NCBI RefSeq assembly: GCF_018350175.1
Contig: NC_058368.1
Coordinates: forward strand, 228,348,001 to 228,412,000
DNA length: 64,000 nucleotides
Origin: Felis catus
Lineage: Eukaryota
Direction of reading: 5' to 3'
Below, piece after piece: positions 51,433-63,870 of the stretch. The notes under the pieces were generated by a model. The model saw only the letters and a program-made list of their open reading frames with translations. It made no database searches and was not told the DNA's origin. Made by a program: the position numbers and the translations under genes. How positions within the stretch are numbered: position 1 is the stretch's first letter; every line of letters begins with the position of its first letter.

Positions 51433-52412
51433 CTGAGACTGGTTGCTGTTCATCTGGGGTCCTGGGGAGACACACAGCTTTCCCCAAACGCATAGGCGCA
51501 AAACAGGATTTGGTTTACACAGAAGGAATGAGCAGTGATTGATGGGTAAGCAACCCACGTGGGAGGCCTCAATATTTGATTTTTTGTTTGGGATGCAACA
51601 CAGTAGTCCATTTTACAAGCAGGCTTTTAGAGGTTTTTCTTTCTAGCGTGATGGTGAGAGACATTTTAAGGACCGAGCCATTATTAAACTGTGTGGTCAA
51701 ATGCCTCTCAGAACGGTACCTCACTTATTTGGGAGCTCCATTTAACTTTTTAAAACCTTCTGATATTATTAGTTTTGCTTAAAAGAAGCCTTCTAATAAA
51801 AGTGCTCATTTTTAACGGAAGCAATTAGCTAAAGGCTAAACACCTGAATGACTTTTACTTGTTGATGGTGAACTAAAGAGAATTGCAACAGTTTCACTGG
51901 AGTTTAAAGATACCTTAATGAAGAATAATTTCCGGGGTTATAATTAGCTATCTGTAATACGGACAGTTGTATTTCTCCTGTGGGAGGCAGGGTTCCTCTG
52001 TACACGTAAAAGCCGTTCAGTCTATGTTGAAGTTTTTATTGGGATGTTTTCAGATGGCAGGTGTCGTAATGGAAACAGATTTATCACAGCCAGTGACTGG
52101 AGCTCTCACTGAGCCTAAGCATTGCTCACTGCATGCCCTCTTTGACTATTTCAACGGATTAGAAGAAATCGTTTGGAATCCTGTGATGTTGCCACAGTAA
52201 CATTCATCATTATAAAAAAAAAAAAAGGCACGGGGACAAAAGGAGTAAGACACTCACCAGATCCCCAGATGTGTATCTCTTGACCCAGGCTGTACGAAGC
52301 CTGCCGTATAGTGGGAAATTTTAAGGCAGAGCGGAGGAGGAAGGCGAACCCTGTCTGTTGATTAACTTTTCCTTCCCCTCTCCTCCAGGACCTCTGACTT
52401 CTATTACTGCCT

Positions 52413-53090
52413 CTGTACTTTGTCTAGTGTCGCATATCAAATACCACAAACTGAGGGGCTTCGGGCAACATACATTTGTTGCCTCACACAGTTTCCAGGT
52501 GTCAGGAGGCCAGACATGGATTAACAGGGTGCTAGGCCCAGAGTCCTTCCAGGCTGAAATCAAGGTGTCACGGGGGGGTTCATTCTGATCCGAGGCTCAG
52601 GGTCCTTCTCCAGGCTCCTAGGTTGTTGGCAGAAATCAGTTGGCTACAGTTGTGGGACTGAGGACTCCTCCTTCCTGCTGGCTGTGAGCTGAGGTTCATT
52701 CTCAGCTCCTAGAGGCCTGCCACCGTTCTCAGCCATGTGACCCTCTCACAGACCCTTTCTACAACATGGCAGTCGCACCCTCAGAACCAGGAGGAGAATC
52801 TCATTCTTAGGCTTCAAAGTAAGAGCCCAGTCCCGTTTGAGGGCTCATCTTATTACGTCAGACCACCCAGGATAATCTCCCACTTGATGAACTCAAAGTC
52901 AACTGATGGGTGACCTTTATTATGTCTGGAAGAATGCCTTCACCTGTGCCCTGGAAGGTAACCTAATTATGGAGGTGATGTCCATTCATATTCATGAGTC
53001 CTGCCCACACTCAAGGAGGGGGGATTGTATGGGCTGTGTCCACCAGTCCTGGGAACCTTATATGCCTTCTCAGAATTTTGCCTCCCCTTC
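52413..53090 (-). mobile_element. MaLR LTR (MLT1E-like)
   Basis: aaataccacaaactgaggggctt..aggctgaaatcaaggtg..cccaggataatctccc..cagaattttgcct. Confidence 0.8.
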
Positions 53091-54164
53091 CCTTCCCTCC
53101 CATCTCATCCTTTCGGTGCTTGTTAGGGGTGTACGTGCATGTGGATGTATACATGCACCTCTGTAGTAACAGTGGTAAAACCCATGAAAAAAAAAACAAT
53201 AACAGAATTTCTAAACACATGAGAAAAACAATTCACAATTTTTCTCTGACAATTTACCGCTTCTGAAAATGTAGTGATAATTGCTGCTCTGAAGGTTGCT
53301 GAGTTCATTCAGCCTCTTTTAAAATAATCTCTGTGGCAGCAAATCATGAAGGATCACATTGTCTTGGGTTTGACAGGTGACACTGACATAAACTGGGAAA
53401 GCCGTGTTAAGTTCTAGATGCTAGGCAGAGCATGGAACATAAGCCTACTGCAATTCAGTGCTCCTGCCTGAAGTGTGTTCTTGGGGTCCTGTCGAACAAA
53501 GATCCCAGGACTTTTCTAGATGTTGGTGTTCCAGTCTGGCTCAAGCTGTAGTGGGGGATTCAGCTCGTCTATAAAATAGGAGAGTCCCAATAGATGCAGT
53601 TTAAGGCCTCTTGAGCAGCAGTGAAATCACCTGCCCCATTTCCTATTATGAGTCCTAAACAGATGTCAAAATCTCTTTTTAGAGGGGTGCTGTTCATCCA
53701 GATCCATGGGGAGAAATTAAACCACTTGGCCATTCACTTCTTTGTGTGTGTAAAATAATTGCTGAGATAAAGACAGAACATAGATCTTGAATTTTCGAAA
53801 GCTATTTTTGGAACTGCTGAGAGTTTGTCCATGAAAAAAAATTGTAAGGTTCAGCTAGCTATCAAAAAGAAGGAAAGTTTCATGATAGGCTGTACATGCA
53901 CTTTTCTGAATTAATAACTTGTCAGCAGCATGTCCTATAGGTGGTGAAACTAGTAAGTAAAAATAGTACAAAGTGTCTTAGGTTGTTGCTCCAAAACCTC
54001 CTTTTGGGGACTTGTGCTTGGTTTGGGTTATTAAATAATCTGACACAGACAATGTGCTGGTTCTGTGATATGATACTTTCAATGAAATGGTATTGAAATG
54101 CCACGGGTATGCACCTGATTCCCCTTTTTTTTCTTTATGGAATTTCACAGGAGTGAGCATGGTC

Positions 54165-54556
54165 AACTTGCAGTATCTGTGAACGTGACCTTATTTGTAA
54201 ATGGGGTCTCTGCAGACAGTCTGGGTAAGATGAAGTCATTAAAGTGGGTCCCGATCCTATATGACTGTGCCCTTATAAAGGGGGGGAATTTGGACACAGA
54301 GACAGACACACATATAGGGAAGGTGACCTGAAGACCCAGGAGAACACCCTCTATAAGTCAAGAATAGCTTATGCCACCAGAAGCTAGGGGAGAAGCTTAG
54401 GAGGCACTCTCCCTCATCGCCCTCAGAAAGAGCCCAGGCTGCCCACACATTGATCCCAGCCTTTTAGGCTCCAGAGCTGTGAAACAATACATTTCTGCTG
54501 TTAAAATTGTCCAGTGTGTAGGACTTTGTTATATTAGCCCCAGGAAACCGGTACAT
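54165..54556 (+). mobile_element. MaLR LTR (MLT1B/C-like)
   Basis: gtgaccttatttgtaaatggggtctctgcaga..ccaccagaagctagg..ctttgttatattagccccaggaaaccggtaca. Confidence 0.8.
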
Positions 54557-55531
54557 GTGGGTTCTTGAAATTTTTTAATTCTTTGCACTTGTGGTTCCCC
54601 ACAGTTGTTACATTAATCTTGTATGGTGTGATTACAATGTTTGATTTGAATACTGTTTCCTTTTGCAGATTTTTAAGTGGTTCTTAATCATTCCTCCTTG
54701 TTATATATGGAGTTCTATGTGATCCAAGAACTGCCCAAGCTTCTGCTCCTAAGAATTCACTTACTGTTGCTTTTAAGATACCACTTACCATCATTTGAGA
54801 GTTTCGCACACAGAGGATTTTCTCCTTCTCTGGGCATTTATTGTTGTTAGGAGCATCATTTCCTTCTGTTTATCAGCACACACCCTGAAAACAAGTCGAA
54901 CTGTGCTGGAAAATTTCCTTTCATATACAATTACTTTGAAGATGTTTGGAGAGAGAATATAAACATGCATTTTTTTTTTTAGATGAATCCATAGGGGATG
55001 GTATCTGGTGGTTTTCCATGGAGAGGAAGGCCTGAGAGATTGACCTCACCCAGCATGATGCCAGGCCTGAAGAAATAACATTTTTATTGTAGGGTGTTTC
55101 TAAAAAAGGGAACTTTCAACCACACAGCATGAGCTCTGTAATACCGGTCTGCTGTGGCACACAGAGTGACTCTGGAAAGTAAATTTTTTACTCTTGGAAT
55201 AATTGTAGACCATCTGCTGGGGCGATCTTTAGAGAGCACCTAATTGTGACTTGCCAGTACGTGTCACACTGTAAGACGCTACATATACTCCACGTTGACA
55301 CAAATGGACAACCGTGTGCATAATGAGGAAAAATTGCAACACACTGGCAGTAATGACATCAGAGTGGGGATTTTTATTCTTCCTCCGTTTTCTAACTTAT
55401 CCAATACATACTCTAGTCAAGTTGGAAATAGTACATACTTAAAGACTTTAAATTAAAGAAACGTAAAAGAATGTAAATACCCAATAAGCATCAGCCCAGT
55501 GTGTAATTTACGTAGTGTTTTCCCTTTTTAA

Positions 55532-55744
55532 TTTTTTTCTTCCAACGTTTTTTATTTATTTTTGAGAGAGAGACAGAGCATGAACGGGGGAGGGGCAGAG
55601 AGAGAGAGAGACACAGAATCGGAAACAGGCTCCAGGCTCTGAGCCATCAGCCCAGAGCCAGACGCGGGGCTCGAACCCACGGACCGCGAGATCGTGACCT
55701 GGCTGAAGTCGGACGCTTAACCGACTGCGCCACCCAGGCGCCCC
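55532..55744 (-). mobile_element. Young felid CAN-SINE
   Basis: CpG-rich copy. Perfect TSD gtgttttcccttttta at 55516 and 55745. Confidence 0.96.
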
Positions 55745-56214
55745 GTGTTTTCCCTTTTTAAAAGCTTGACTGATGAGTCATGTGTGGGACTTGACCAACC
55801 CAAAATCCTAACCCATCACGCCTCTGGGGGATCAGCCAGCTTTGCAGGGGACAAGGGACTGTCAGGCCTGGTGTAAACTGAGCCAAAACCACACAAGGAG
55901 ATGCCTGGTTTTACTGCTGATCTATGCACTGCATTGTCTGGGTTCAAAATGGACTTAGGACAAACTGAATTTTCTATACCATACCGGTCGTGTGTTGCAA
56001 GAGAAATTTAAGATTAGCATAACTTTAAAATTCAGAAGTACTCTTCTTAGGCACGCGATCCCTCAAAATAGCTTAAGAATTTATATTTTAACAATTTTCT
56101 CACAAAATTAGTTATCTTGATTGAAGCTACTGGGACAGATGGATGTAGTTACCGTAATCAAGACCGAGGAGAAGGAAACCGTGTTTTGTCGTCGTCATTG
56201 TTGTTATTTTGCAG

Positions 56215-56216
<2 letters not shown>

Positions 56217-56254
<38 letters not shown>
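56217..56254. repeat. (TG)n microsatellite
   Basis: Direct reading. Confidence 0.97.
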
Positions 56255-56256
<2 letters not shown>

Positions 56257-56809
56257 ATATGAAGCTGTAAGCAGAAATCTCTTAGACTGACAATAATGAG
56301 AAAGAAACTAATAATAAGGGGGTTCTTGTGAACATCCTATTTGTTTTCTCATTTTTTTCTCTCTTGCTTTCAGTTCAAACCTCTGACAATTGCAAACACC
56401 TTTATATGAAAAAGAGGGTTTTATGCTCGTGTTGTATGTGCATGTGTGTGTGTGTGGGGGGGGCTGAGTGGGTGGTAGTCTGTTATATTACATTAACATT
56501 TTCCCATAATGTCCAAAAAGGAAGGTATCAGAGTAATTTAACACTATCATTATTTGGCCAAATTAATTGTAATCATTTTTGAAGGATTCCTCTTAAAACC
56601 AGGTGGGAGAAGGGGTTGGGAAAGTGAAGGGCACGGGTGATATTGTGACGATTCTTTACTGAGTGCCTGCAGTATGCAGGAAACCCAGCTGCCGGCTTTT
56701 CTATGTTACCTCATCTGCTCTCACAGCAATGCTCCAGGGCGGATTTTACTGTCTCTACATCACTGGTCAGGAAATTGAGAGTAGACATTTGTGTTCCCTT
56801 TCAAAATCT

Positions 56810-57255
56810 ATCAGTTGGGGTAACACCAGTTGCTGTAAGAAACAACCCCTAAGATTTCAGAGACTTAACATACTGGAAGTAGGTTTCTCATTGTCCAATG
56901 AATCAACATTGGTGCTCCTGGTCAGTTATCTTCTTGCTGGGATACAGGGACCCGGATTTATTTCATCTTGTGGCCCAATCATCCCCTACAGACTCAGAGT
57001 CTTGTGAATTTATCTGGCATAGAGGGGAAGAGGGTGCCAAAGGCAGAAGTGCTTCTTAGACACGCTTGTCTAAGAGCGACGTGTAGAACATGGGTTCATA
57101 TTCCACAGACAAGAGCAACTTCTTTACGCAAAATGGCCATCGAGGTGTAAGGGGAACTGGGATTCACAGTTCCAGTTATAGGGACATGGTGGTGGCAACT
57201 TCTTGATGCCTGTGGGGAGGCATATATTTTGGTAGATTGAAAATTATCTCTACCT
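56810..57255 (-). mobile_element. Old MaLR LTR (MLT1K/L-like)
   Basis: agttgctgtaagaaacaacccctaagatttcagagacttaaca..cagggacccgg. Confidence 0.5.
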
Positions 57256-57329
57256 CCCTAGTTCATCACTATGACATTACCCACAACATCTGTGTTTTTC
57301 ATATCACTGTATTTTCATTAAAAAGCTTT

Positions 57330-57545
57330 GGGGCACCTGGGTGGCGCAGTCGGTTAAGCGTCCGACTTCAGCCAGGTCACGATCTCACGGTCCATGAGTT
57401 CGAGCCCCACATCAGGCTCTGGGCTGATGGCTCAGAGCCTGGAGCCTGCTTCAGATTCTGTGTCTCCCTCTCTCTCTGCCCCTCCCCCGTTCATGCTCTG
57501 TCTCTCCCTGTCCCAAAAATAAATAAACGTTGGAAAAAAAAAAAA
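57330..57545 (+). mobile_element. Young felid CAN-SINE
   Basis: Full element. TSD aaaa(g)ctttg. Confidence 0.95.
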
Positions 57546-59294
57546 AACTTTGCATGCAATGACTATTAGGGAAAAGGGTGAGATGTCAATGCAGTGATTC
57601 CTCACAGTGATAACAGAATGATGTTAATTAAATTATCTTGTGCTTTAATATCAGTGTGAGGTAAAAGAATAAATGAAAGATGAGTAGCAAGCCAACAACT
57701 ACAGGGAAAGTAGACACAATTAAGGGATATGTCTGTGTAGAATAACTGTAATTTTTACTGGCTAGTTAGATATGTCTTCTAGGGTTTCTCATTGTGTTTA
57801 CAAAAATTTGCTTCTGTAAAGGAGAGATTTCAAGACTACCAGAAATACAACTCTGAAGTTTTCGTTTCACGACAGCAAAGGGGTTTTTGATGTCTCCCTC
57901 TAGAGAAGAGGGGTCGTTGGGTTCACCTGGGTTGTGGTTTATGGCAGTGCAAGTGGGGTCTGACACAGAACCCACGGTAGTCATTCCCTCCCACATGACT
58001 TTGAGATTAGGTTGTCTTAAATTTTGTGAAATATGAGCATTTTGATTGAGGGTCATTTTCAGTACTTCGGTTTCACTCAAATTTTAACCAAAACTCAAGG
58101 GCATAGCATCGTCAGATGAGTTAGTACTAAAGGAGGTATTAGAAGGTCTTGCTTTACTTTATGATTTTACAGATAGATTAACAGCCTCAAAACCTTTCTC
58201 ATAGCTCTGGGCTAGAATTAAAATCCAGGTCTCCTGTGTCTCTGCTCAGCATACACATGACCAGTTCCCTTCCTTTTACATTTACCCAGTTCAACAGAAG
58301 TATCGAGTGTTTTCTGGGTACCAGGCACTGTGCTAAGTTCTAGGGATGTAGTGGAGTCCAAGGTAGACGACGCCCTCTTCCACACTTCCTGAGACATTAA
58401 CTCTGGACTCTGGCAGCCAAGGCTCACTTATTTTGGACAATGAATAGAATTGTGGCAATTCTTGCTTGGATCCTTGCTGTCAAATTACCACATTTCCTAC
58501 TGTCTTTGTGGAACTCAAGATGAGTTCCAGTCTGGTACCATTTGTCATCCTTGTCTGATCTATGTTAGAAGTTCTATGAAAATACATCGATAGATTTGTT
58601 CAATATGAATCCACCATCATTTTATTGACTACCACCAAACCCTTTTCTAGAAACTCAGATTTCAAGGCACAGTTTTGATTTCTAACTGGTGTCTCAGACT
58701 CTAAAGAGGGGTAATGGCACTGGACTGGCTGAGTGATATACAGAGAAGTTTATACAATTGGTCAGTGGCGATCTGCCATGAAGGTGGGAGATAGGGCAGT
58801 CTTTACTTCCCAAAGGTGCACATGTTCTCCAGGGTACCAGTGAGCAGCAGTCACACAAGGAGGTTGGGTAGTTATTGGAGAATAAAAACTCTCTCTCTTT
58901 GGACCAGTCTCCCTATGAGTTTCTGCAGGGATTTCCTTTTGGCTAGTTAGCAAGTTTCTGCTGGTTGTTTCAAGACAAAAATGTAATTTTACTTGATTTC
59001 TGATCTTGATGCAAATATGGCTGGGGATTGGGAAAGAGGTTGTATGTCTCATGTGTCCTCAGTTCTGTCTTGGAGCACATTTCCTCAAAAACACATCTTA
59101 TTAATTTTGGGTAGGTTCCCAGTTCATTCCATTTCTACCCCAAATGGAAGACCAAACAAAGCCTTATACTCATAAGTAGGTGAAATGAAATCTTATGCAT
59201 CTGGGTTGTGTGGGACAGTGTGGGAACCACCTTTATTTATTATCATTTCTATTGGTGAACCCATTTCAAAAAATGCTTTAAAAAAATTTTTTTA

Positions 59295-59520
59295 GGGGCG
59301 CCTGGGTGGCGCAGTCGGTTAAGCGTCCGACTTCAGCCAGGTCACATCTCACGGTCCGTGAGTTCGAGCCCTGCGTCGGGCTCTGGGCTGATGGCTCAGA
59401 CCCTGGAGCCTGTTTCTGATTCTGTGTCTCCCTCTCTCTCTGCCCCTCCCCCGTTCATGCTCTGTCTCTCTCTGTCCCCAAAATAAATAAAACGTTGAAA
59501 AAAAAATTTGAAAAAAAGAA
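59295..59520 (+). mobile_element. Young felid CAN-SINE
   Basis: Inserted in the tail of the adjacent minus-strand SINE. TSD aaaaaa-ttttt(t)-a. Confidence 0.95.
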
Positions 59521-59528
59521 AAAAAAAT

Positions 59529-59752
59529 TTTTAATGTTTATTTTTGAGAGAGAGAGAGAGAGCAGGGGAGGGACAGAGAGAGAGAGAGAGGGAGGGACAG
59601 AGAGAGAGAGAGGGAGACACAGAATCCGAAGCAGGCTTCAGGCTCTGAGCTTGTCAGCACAGAGCCTTACGCAGGGCTCGAACCCACAAACAATGAGATC
59701 ATGACCAGAGCCAAAGTCAGATGCTTAACCAACTGAGCCACCTAGACAACTC
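59529..59752 (-). mobile_element. CAN-SINE
   Basis: Expanded GA tract. TSD tcaaaaaatg(c/g)ttt at 59266 and 59753. Confidence 0.93.
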
Positions 59753-59772
59753 TCAAAAAATGGTTTTGATAG

Positions 59773-59990
59773 GGGCATCAGGGTGGCTCGATCGGTTGAG
59801 TGTCCAACCTCAGCTCAGGTCATGATCTCACAGTCTGTGGGTTCGAGCCCTGCATTGGGCTCTGTGCTGACAGCTCAGAGCCTGGAGCCTGCTTCGAATT
59901 CTGTGTCTCCCTCTCTCTCTGTCCCTCCCCTGCTCACACTCTCTCTCTGTCTCTCTCAAAAATAAATAAACATTAAACAAAAAATTTTTA
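59773..59990 (+). mobile_element. CAN-SINE
   Basis: TSD aaaat(g/c)gttttgata at 59757 and 59990. Confidence 0.95.
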
Positions 59991-60109
59991 AAATCGTTTT
60001 GATATGCCAGCTTTCATAGGTAAAGTTATATAACAAAAGTCAGTAAAAGGAAAACAATTAACAAAAACTGGCGGCATTAGAAGGGAATTCATAGGTTTTT
60101 AATGATCAA

Positions 60110-60195
60110 GTGCGTCATTTTACAGATAAGAAAACTGAGGCCCAGAGAGGTGAATGGCATGACCATGGTTACATAATAAATGGAAGAAGACTAGA
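60110..60195. mobile_element. MIR fragment
   Basis: cattttacagataagaaaactgaggcccagagaggtgaa, the MIR core. Confidence 0.8.
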
Positions 60196-60744
60196 ATCAT
60201 ATCTTAGCATAAATTTAGTTCACTTTCTATTTGTTTTCATTAGACTAATTGCAGAACTATCAGCATGAGGGTCAGATCGGATTCAGGATCCTTCTGAAAA
60301 AAAGTTCAAATACAGCTGAGGTGGTATTGACATTCAGGTCTTATTTCAACAAATACTAAATGTCCACTATTACTATTTTTTTTCTTTCAGATACTATTTT
60401 TTTTTAATTCCCCTACTATGTGCTAGTCATTCTATTGTCTATCACATATTGACTGACTTATTTTGATGTTAGTTGTTTAAAAACCAGTTTAACTGTACTG
60501 TTCTGGCTAAAGTGAATCACTTGATCAGTTAAAACAATCAAACAGATTGTGTGGGTTCAAGACCCAGCCACGTTTCTGGGAATGTCCAAGCAGTATGTGT
60601 TTGATGTACGGTTAATAAACATAGAACTCGGTTATTTTTTGGCACTTGTTTTTGTAATCACAGCAATGGAAAATAATTAGTAGGGAATTGATAGTGGTGA
60701 ACAGTGTTGGTTTTTAAAACCTAGCAAAAGATTCCCTAATATTT

Positions 60745-60800
60745 ATTGATCCCACTCATAGATGGATTAATGTCCCTTTTCCTTGAAGCTGGGTGATCTT

Positions 60801-60832
<32 letters not shown>

Positions 60833-61402
60833 TGAGGGAGAGAGAGAGGGGGAGAGAGAGAGGGAGAGAGGGAGAAAGGGAGAGGGAGAGGGAGGGGGAG
60901 AGGGGGAGAGGGGGAGAGGGGGAGAGGGGGAGAGGGGGAGAGGGGGAGAGGGGGAGAAGCTGGGTGATCTTGTGACCACTTTGACCAGTAAAGTTTAGAG
61001 GAAATAATGCCATGTTACTTCTGAGGTAAGTCATAAAAGCTCATAAAGCTTTTGTCTTGTTTGCTAGAATGTTCTCTCTTTGAATGCTGTGCTGCCATAT
61101 AAGAAACCATGAAGCTGCCACACTGTGAAAGAAGCCCCTTCATATCATTCCAGCCTAGGCACAAGGTTTGTAAGTGTAGAAGCTTCTGGATGACTTCTAC
61201 CCCCAACTGTGGAGGCACCTCCTGTCATATGGGTCTTTGCCGCTGAATCCCCAGACCTCATAGAGCAGACACCATATTGCCACCATTGCCACCATATACC
61301 GTTTGAATTCTGACCCCCAGGATGCATGTGCATATCAAAGGTGTTAATTTTTCACATGACTAAGATTTGGGATAATTTTTGCAGCAATAGATAACTGGAA
61401 TA
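60745..61402 (+). mobile_element. MaLR LTR (MLT1G/H-like), interrupted
   Basis: ccttgaagctggg..gtgaccactttgaccagta..cttctgagg..gtcataaaag..gcagcaatagataactggaata. Confidence 0.7.
60801..60955 (-). mobile_element. Tail-only retroposed insertion: poly-T plus GA tract expanded into (GGGGGAGA)n
   Basis: Perfect 16-bp TSD gaagctgggtgatctt at 60785-60800 and 60956-60971. Confidence 0.8.
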
Positions 61403-61810
61403 AGACTAGAAACTGACAAACTGGCAGCCAGTTGATTCCTATAGGTTTTATTCTTTGAGAAGAAGAAAAAAATTCCTCCCAGGCAATGTAGAGATATCTA
61501 ATAATAGTTTGCTTTCTCACTTCAAAAAAAGTTAATTTTTTAGGCTTTCCTTATATTAGCTGAGAGCGTGTTAATCAGAAAAACAAATAGATTGCAAACA
61601 AATGTTAGCACAGAAAAGCTGACTTTCCATGGCAACTGAGATGAAGTCTTGCTTTTAAAGTTCATGTGGAAAGCAAAAAACCTTGCAGCAAAGCCTCATA
61701 ATCTTGAATTGATTAATACAGTTTCCTTCCTTTTACTCAATCTTTCTCTTCTTGTAAATTTTTTTTTCAGAAATTAATGTTTATGTATGGTGACTCCTTG
61801 ATTTTTTTAA

Positions 61811-62139
61811 TATGAAATTTATGGTCAAACTGGTTTCCATACAACACCCAGTGCTCATCCCAACAGGTGCCCTCCTCAATGCCCATCATCTACCCACCTC
61901 TCCCTCCCACCCCCCATCAACCCTCAGTTTATTCTCAGTTTTTAAGAGTCTCTTATGGTTTGGCTCTCTCCCTCTCTAACTTTTTTTTCTTCCCCTTCCC
62001 CATGGTCTTCTGTTAAGTTTCTCAGGATCCAAGCTGTAATCATCAAGACAGCATGGTATTGGCACAAACACAGACACATAGACCAATGGAATAGAATAGA
62101 GACTCCAGAAATGGACCCACAAGAGTATGGCCAACTATA
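61811..62139 (-). mobile_element. Very short 5'-inverted L1 (felid type)
   Basis: Minus-strand 3'UTR 61811-62031 joined to a plus-strand ORF2 piece 62032-62137 ([23 protein letters not shown]). Perfect 15-bp flanking repeat ccttgatttttttaa at 61796 and 62140. Confidence 0.95.
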
Positions 62140-63221
62140 CCTTGATTTTTTTAAAGAAAATTTGAATAGCCATAGCAAAATTTCTGTGAAGTATTTTATG
62201 TGCAAAAACATTTTGAGTGATTTTATTGATAAAGAAATTTGTATATTTCCTATGATAATATTTTAATGTTTTCTTAATGGCCTGATACTAGATTACTATA
62301 AAAAAAAGAAGACGATTTGTCATCTAAAAAAAAAAAAAAAAAAAAGAAAGACAATTCAGCTATAAAACTACCTTCAAATACCTAAAGTGGGTTGGATGCA
62401 GTCAAAGCCCTGAAATAATAAAATAATAAAACAGTTTGATGTTGAACACCAAATATGAGCTAGGTTAACATGTAAAAATAAAATAGCGGTATGACTTCTT
62501 CTGTCTAATGTATATACTTTAGAAAAGAGATAAGAATTTGAGTGGTAAGTAGAGAGAAAGATCCTTAATACATTGACTTATCCTTGAATTTAGCCTTGAA
62601 AATAAACATATGCATATATGTATATTGTCTATATAAATTTGTTCATGACACCCATAATTTAAAAACTGCACACTTTTAATGTTCTGTTAAAAGTTTGTGT
62701 TTTGTGGGAAGTAATGGATTCTCTTTACATATTAAACATATATTCCCTATAAAAGAATGCATTTTATGACTCAAAAATATTTATTCTCCTGAAAAAAACA
62801 GGATCACAGTTTCTGAATATTTGAATATTTTGAATACATACACACCCCCAAATTTACTCTTACATACTTGTACTAAAAGCTCTCAACTACTATAATCCTT
62901 GTAAGGAAACTATTTAGGTGAGAAGGAAATTTTTGGTTGAAAGAAGAGTGATCTTAGCCTTAGAAATGAAATTATTATTTGAGATCTCATGTCCACAAAG
63001 CTCTTTTGCCCTCTGATATTTTATCATTTTTATCTACGGAACCATCATGGTGCTTAGCTACAAATCTTGTACTGAAAAACCATTTCCAGTATGAAGATTA
63101 CTTTTTGAGATTCAGAAAATAAAATCTAAAAAGTCAAAAGAGAAAAAAGAATTGCACTCTGATGTATGTATACATACATGTGTACTGAACTTCTGTTTTT
63201 CTCCTGGAATCCTAATGGTTG

Positions 63222-63680
63222 TTGTGATAGGAAGAATTCTAAGATGGCTGCCCCTAGTTCTCCTTCCTGTTGTGTATACGCCCTTCATAATCTTCACGAT
63301 TATGATTTTGATGGATTTTCCTCCTTTGACTAGGTTGTTATATGGCATAATTGACAATTCTCTGGATGGGCCTGCTGGGGCAGGTGTCAGCCTATATGGA
63401 CAGACAGTGAGTGGCACCCCCTAACTGCCAACAAGGAAATGTGGAGCCCAACCCATCAACCCAACATCCCTGAATGATGACAACAAGAATGAGCTTGGAA
63501 GCAGATTTTTCTATAGCTTCTACAGATGAGAACTCAACCCCTCTGATTTCAGCCCCGAGCAGAGAACCCACTCATACCATGCTAGACCTTCTACAGAACC
63601 GTGAGTTAATACATGGGTGCTTTTTACATGTCTAAATTTATGGTAATTTGTTATGCAGTCCTAGAAAGCTAAAATCAAAG
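63222..63680 (+). mobile_element. MaLR LTR (MLT1E-like)
   Basis: tgtgataggaagaattctaagatggctgccc..gagcttggaagcagatt..tatggtaatttgttatgcag. Confidence 0.8.
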
Positions 63681-63743
63681 TGTATTTATCAAGGGCCTCT
63701 TTCTAATGTCAGATTTCATGTCTCAAGTCCATCCACCAATGTT

Positions 63744-63756
63744 CTATCTATCTATC

Positions 63757-63787
<31 letters not shown>

Positions 63788-63828
63788 ATCTATGTATCTA
63801 TCATCTATCTATCATCTATGTATCTATC

Positions 63829-63870
<42 letters not shown>

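Noticed and set aside
54669..56430. Plus-strand acceptors at about 54668 and 56373 as further exons
   Set aside because: Good pyrimidine tracts but no convincing paired donors, and most frames close quickly.
5795..59965. Recurrent MAQSV..SAQVMIS and MPGWRSRLSVRLQPG peptides as a gene family
   Set aside because: They are translations of CAN-SINE sequence.
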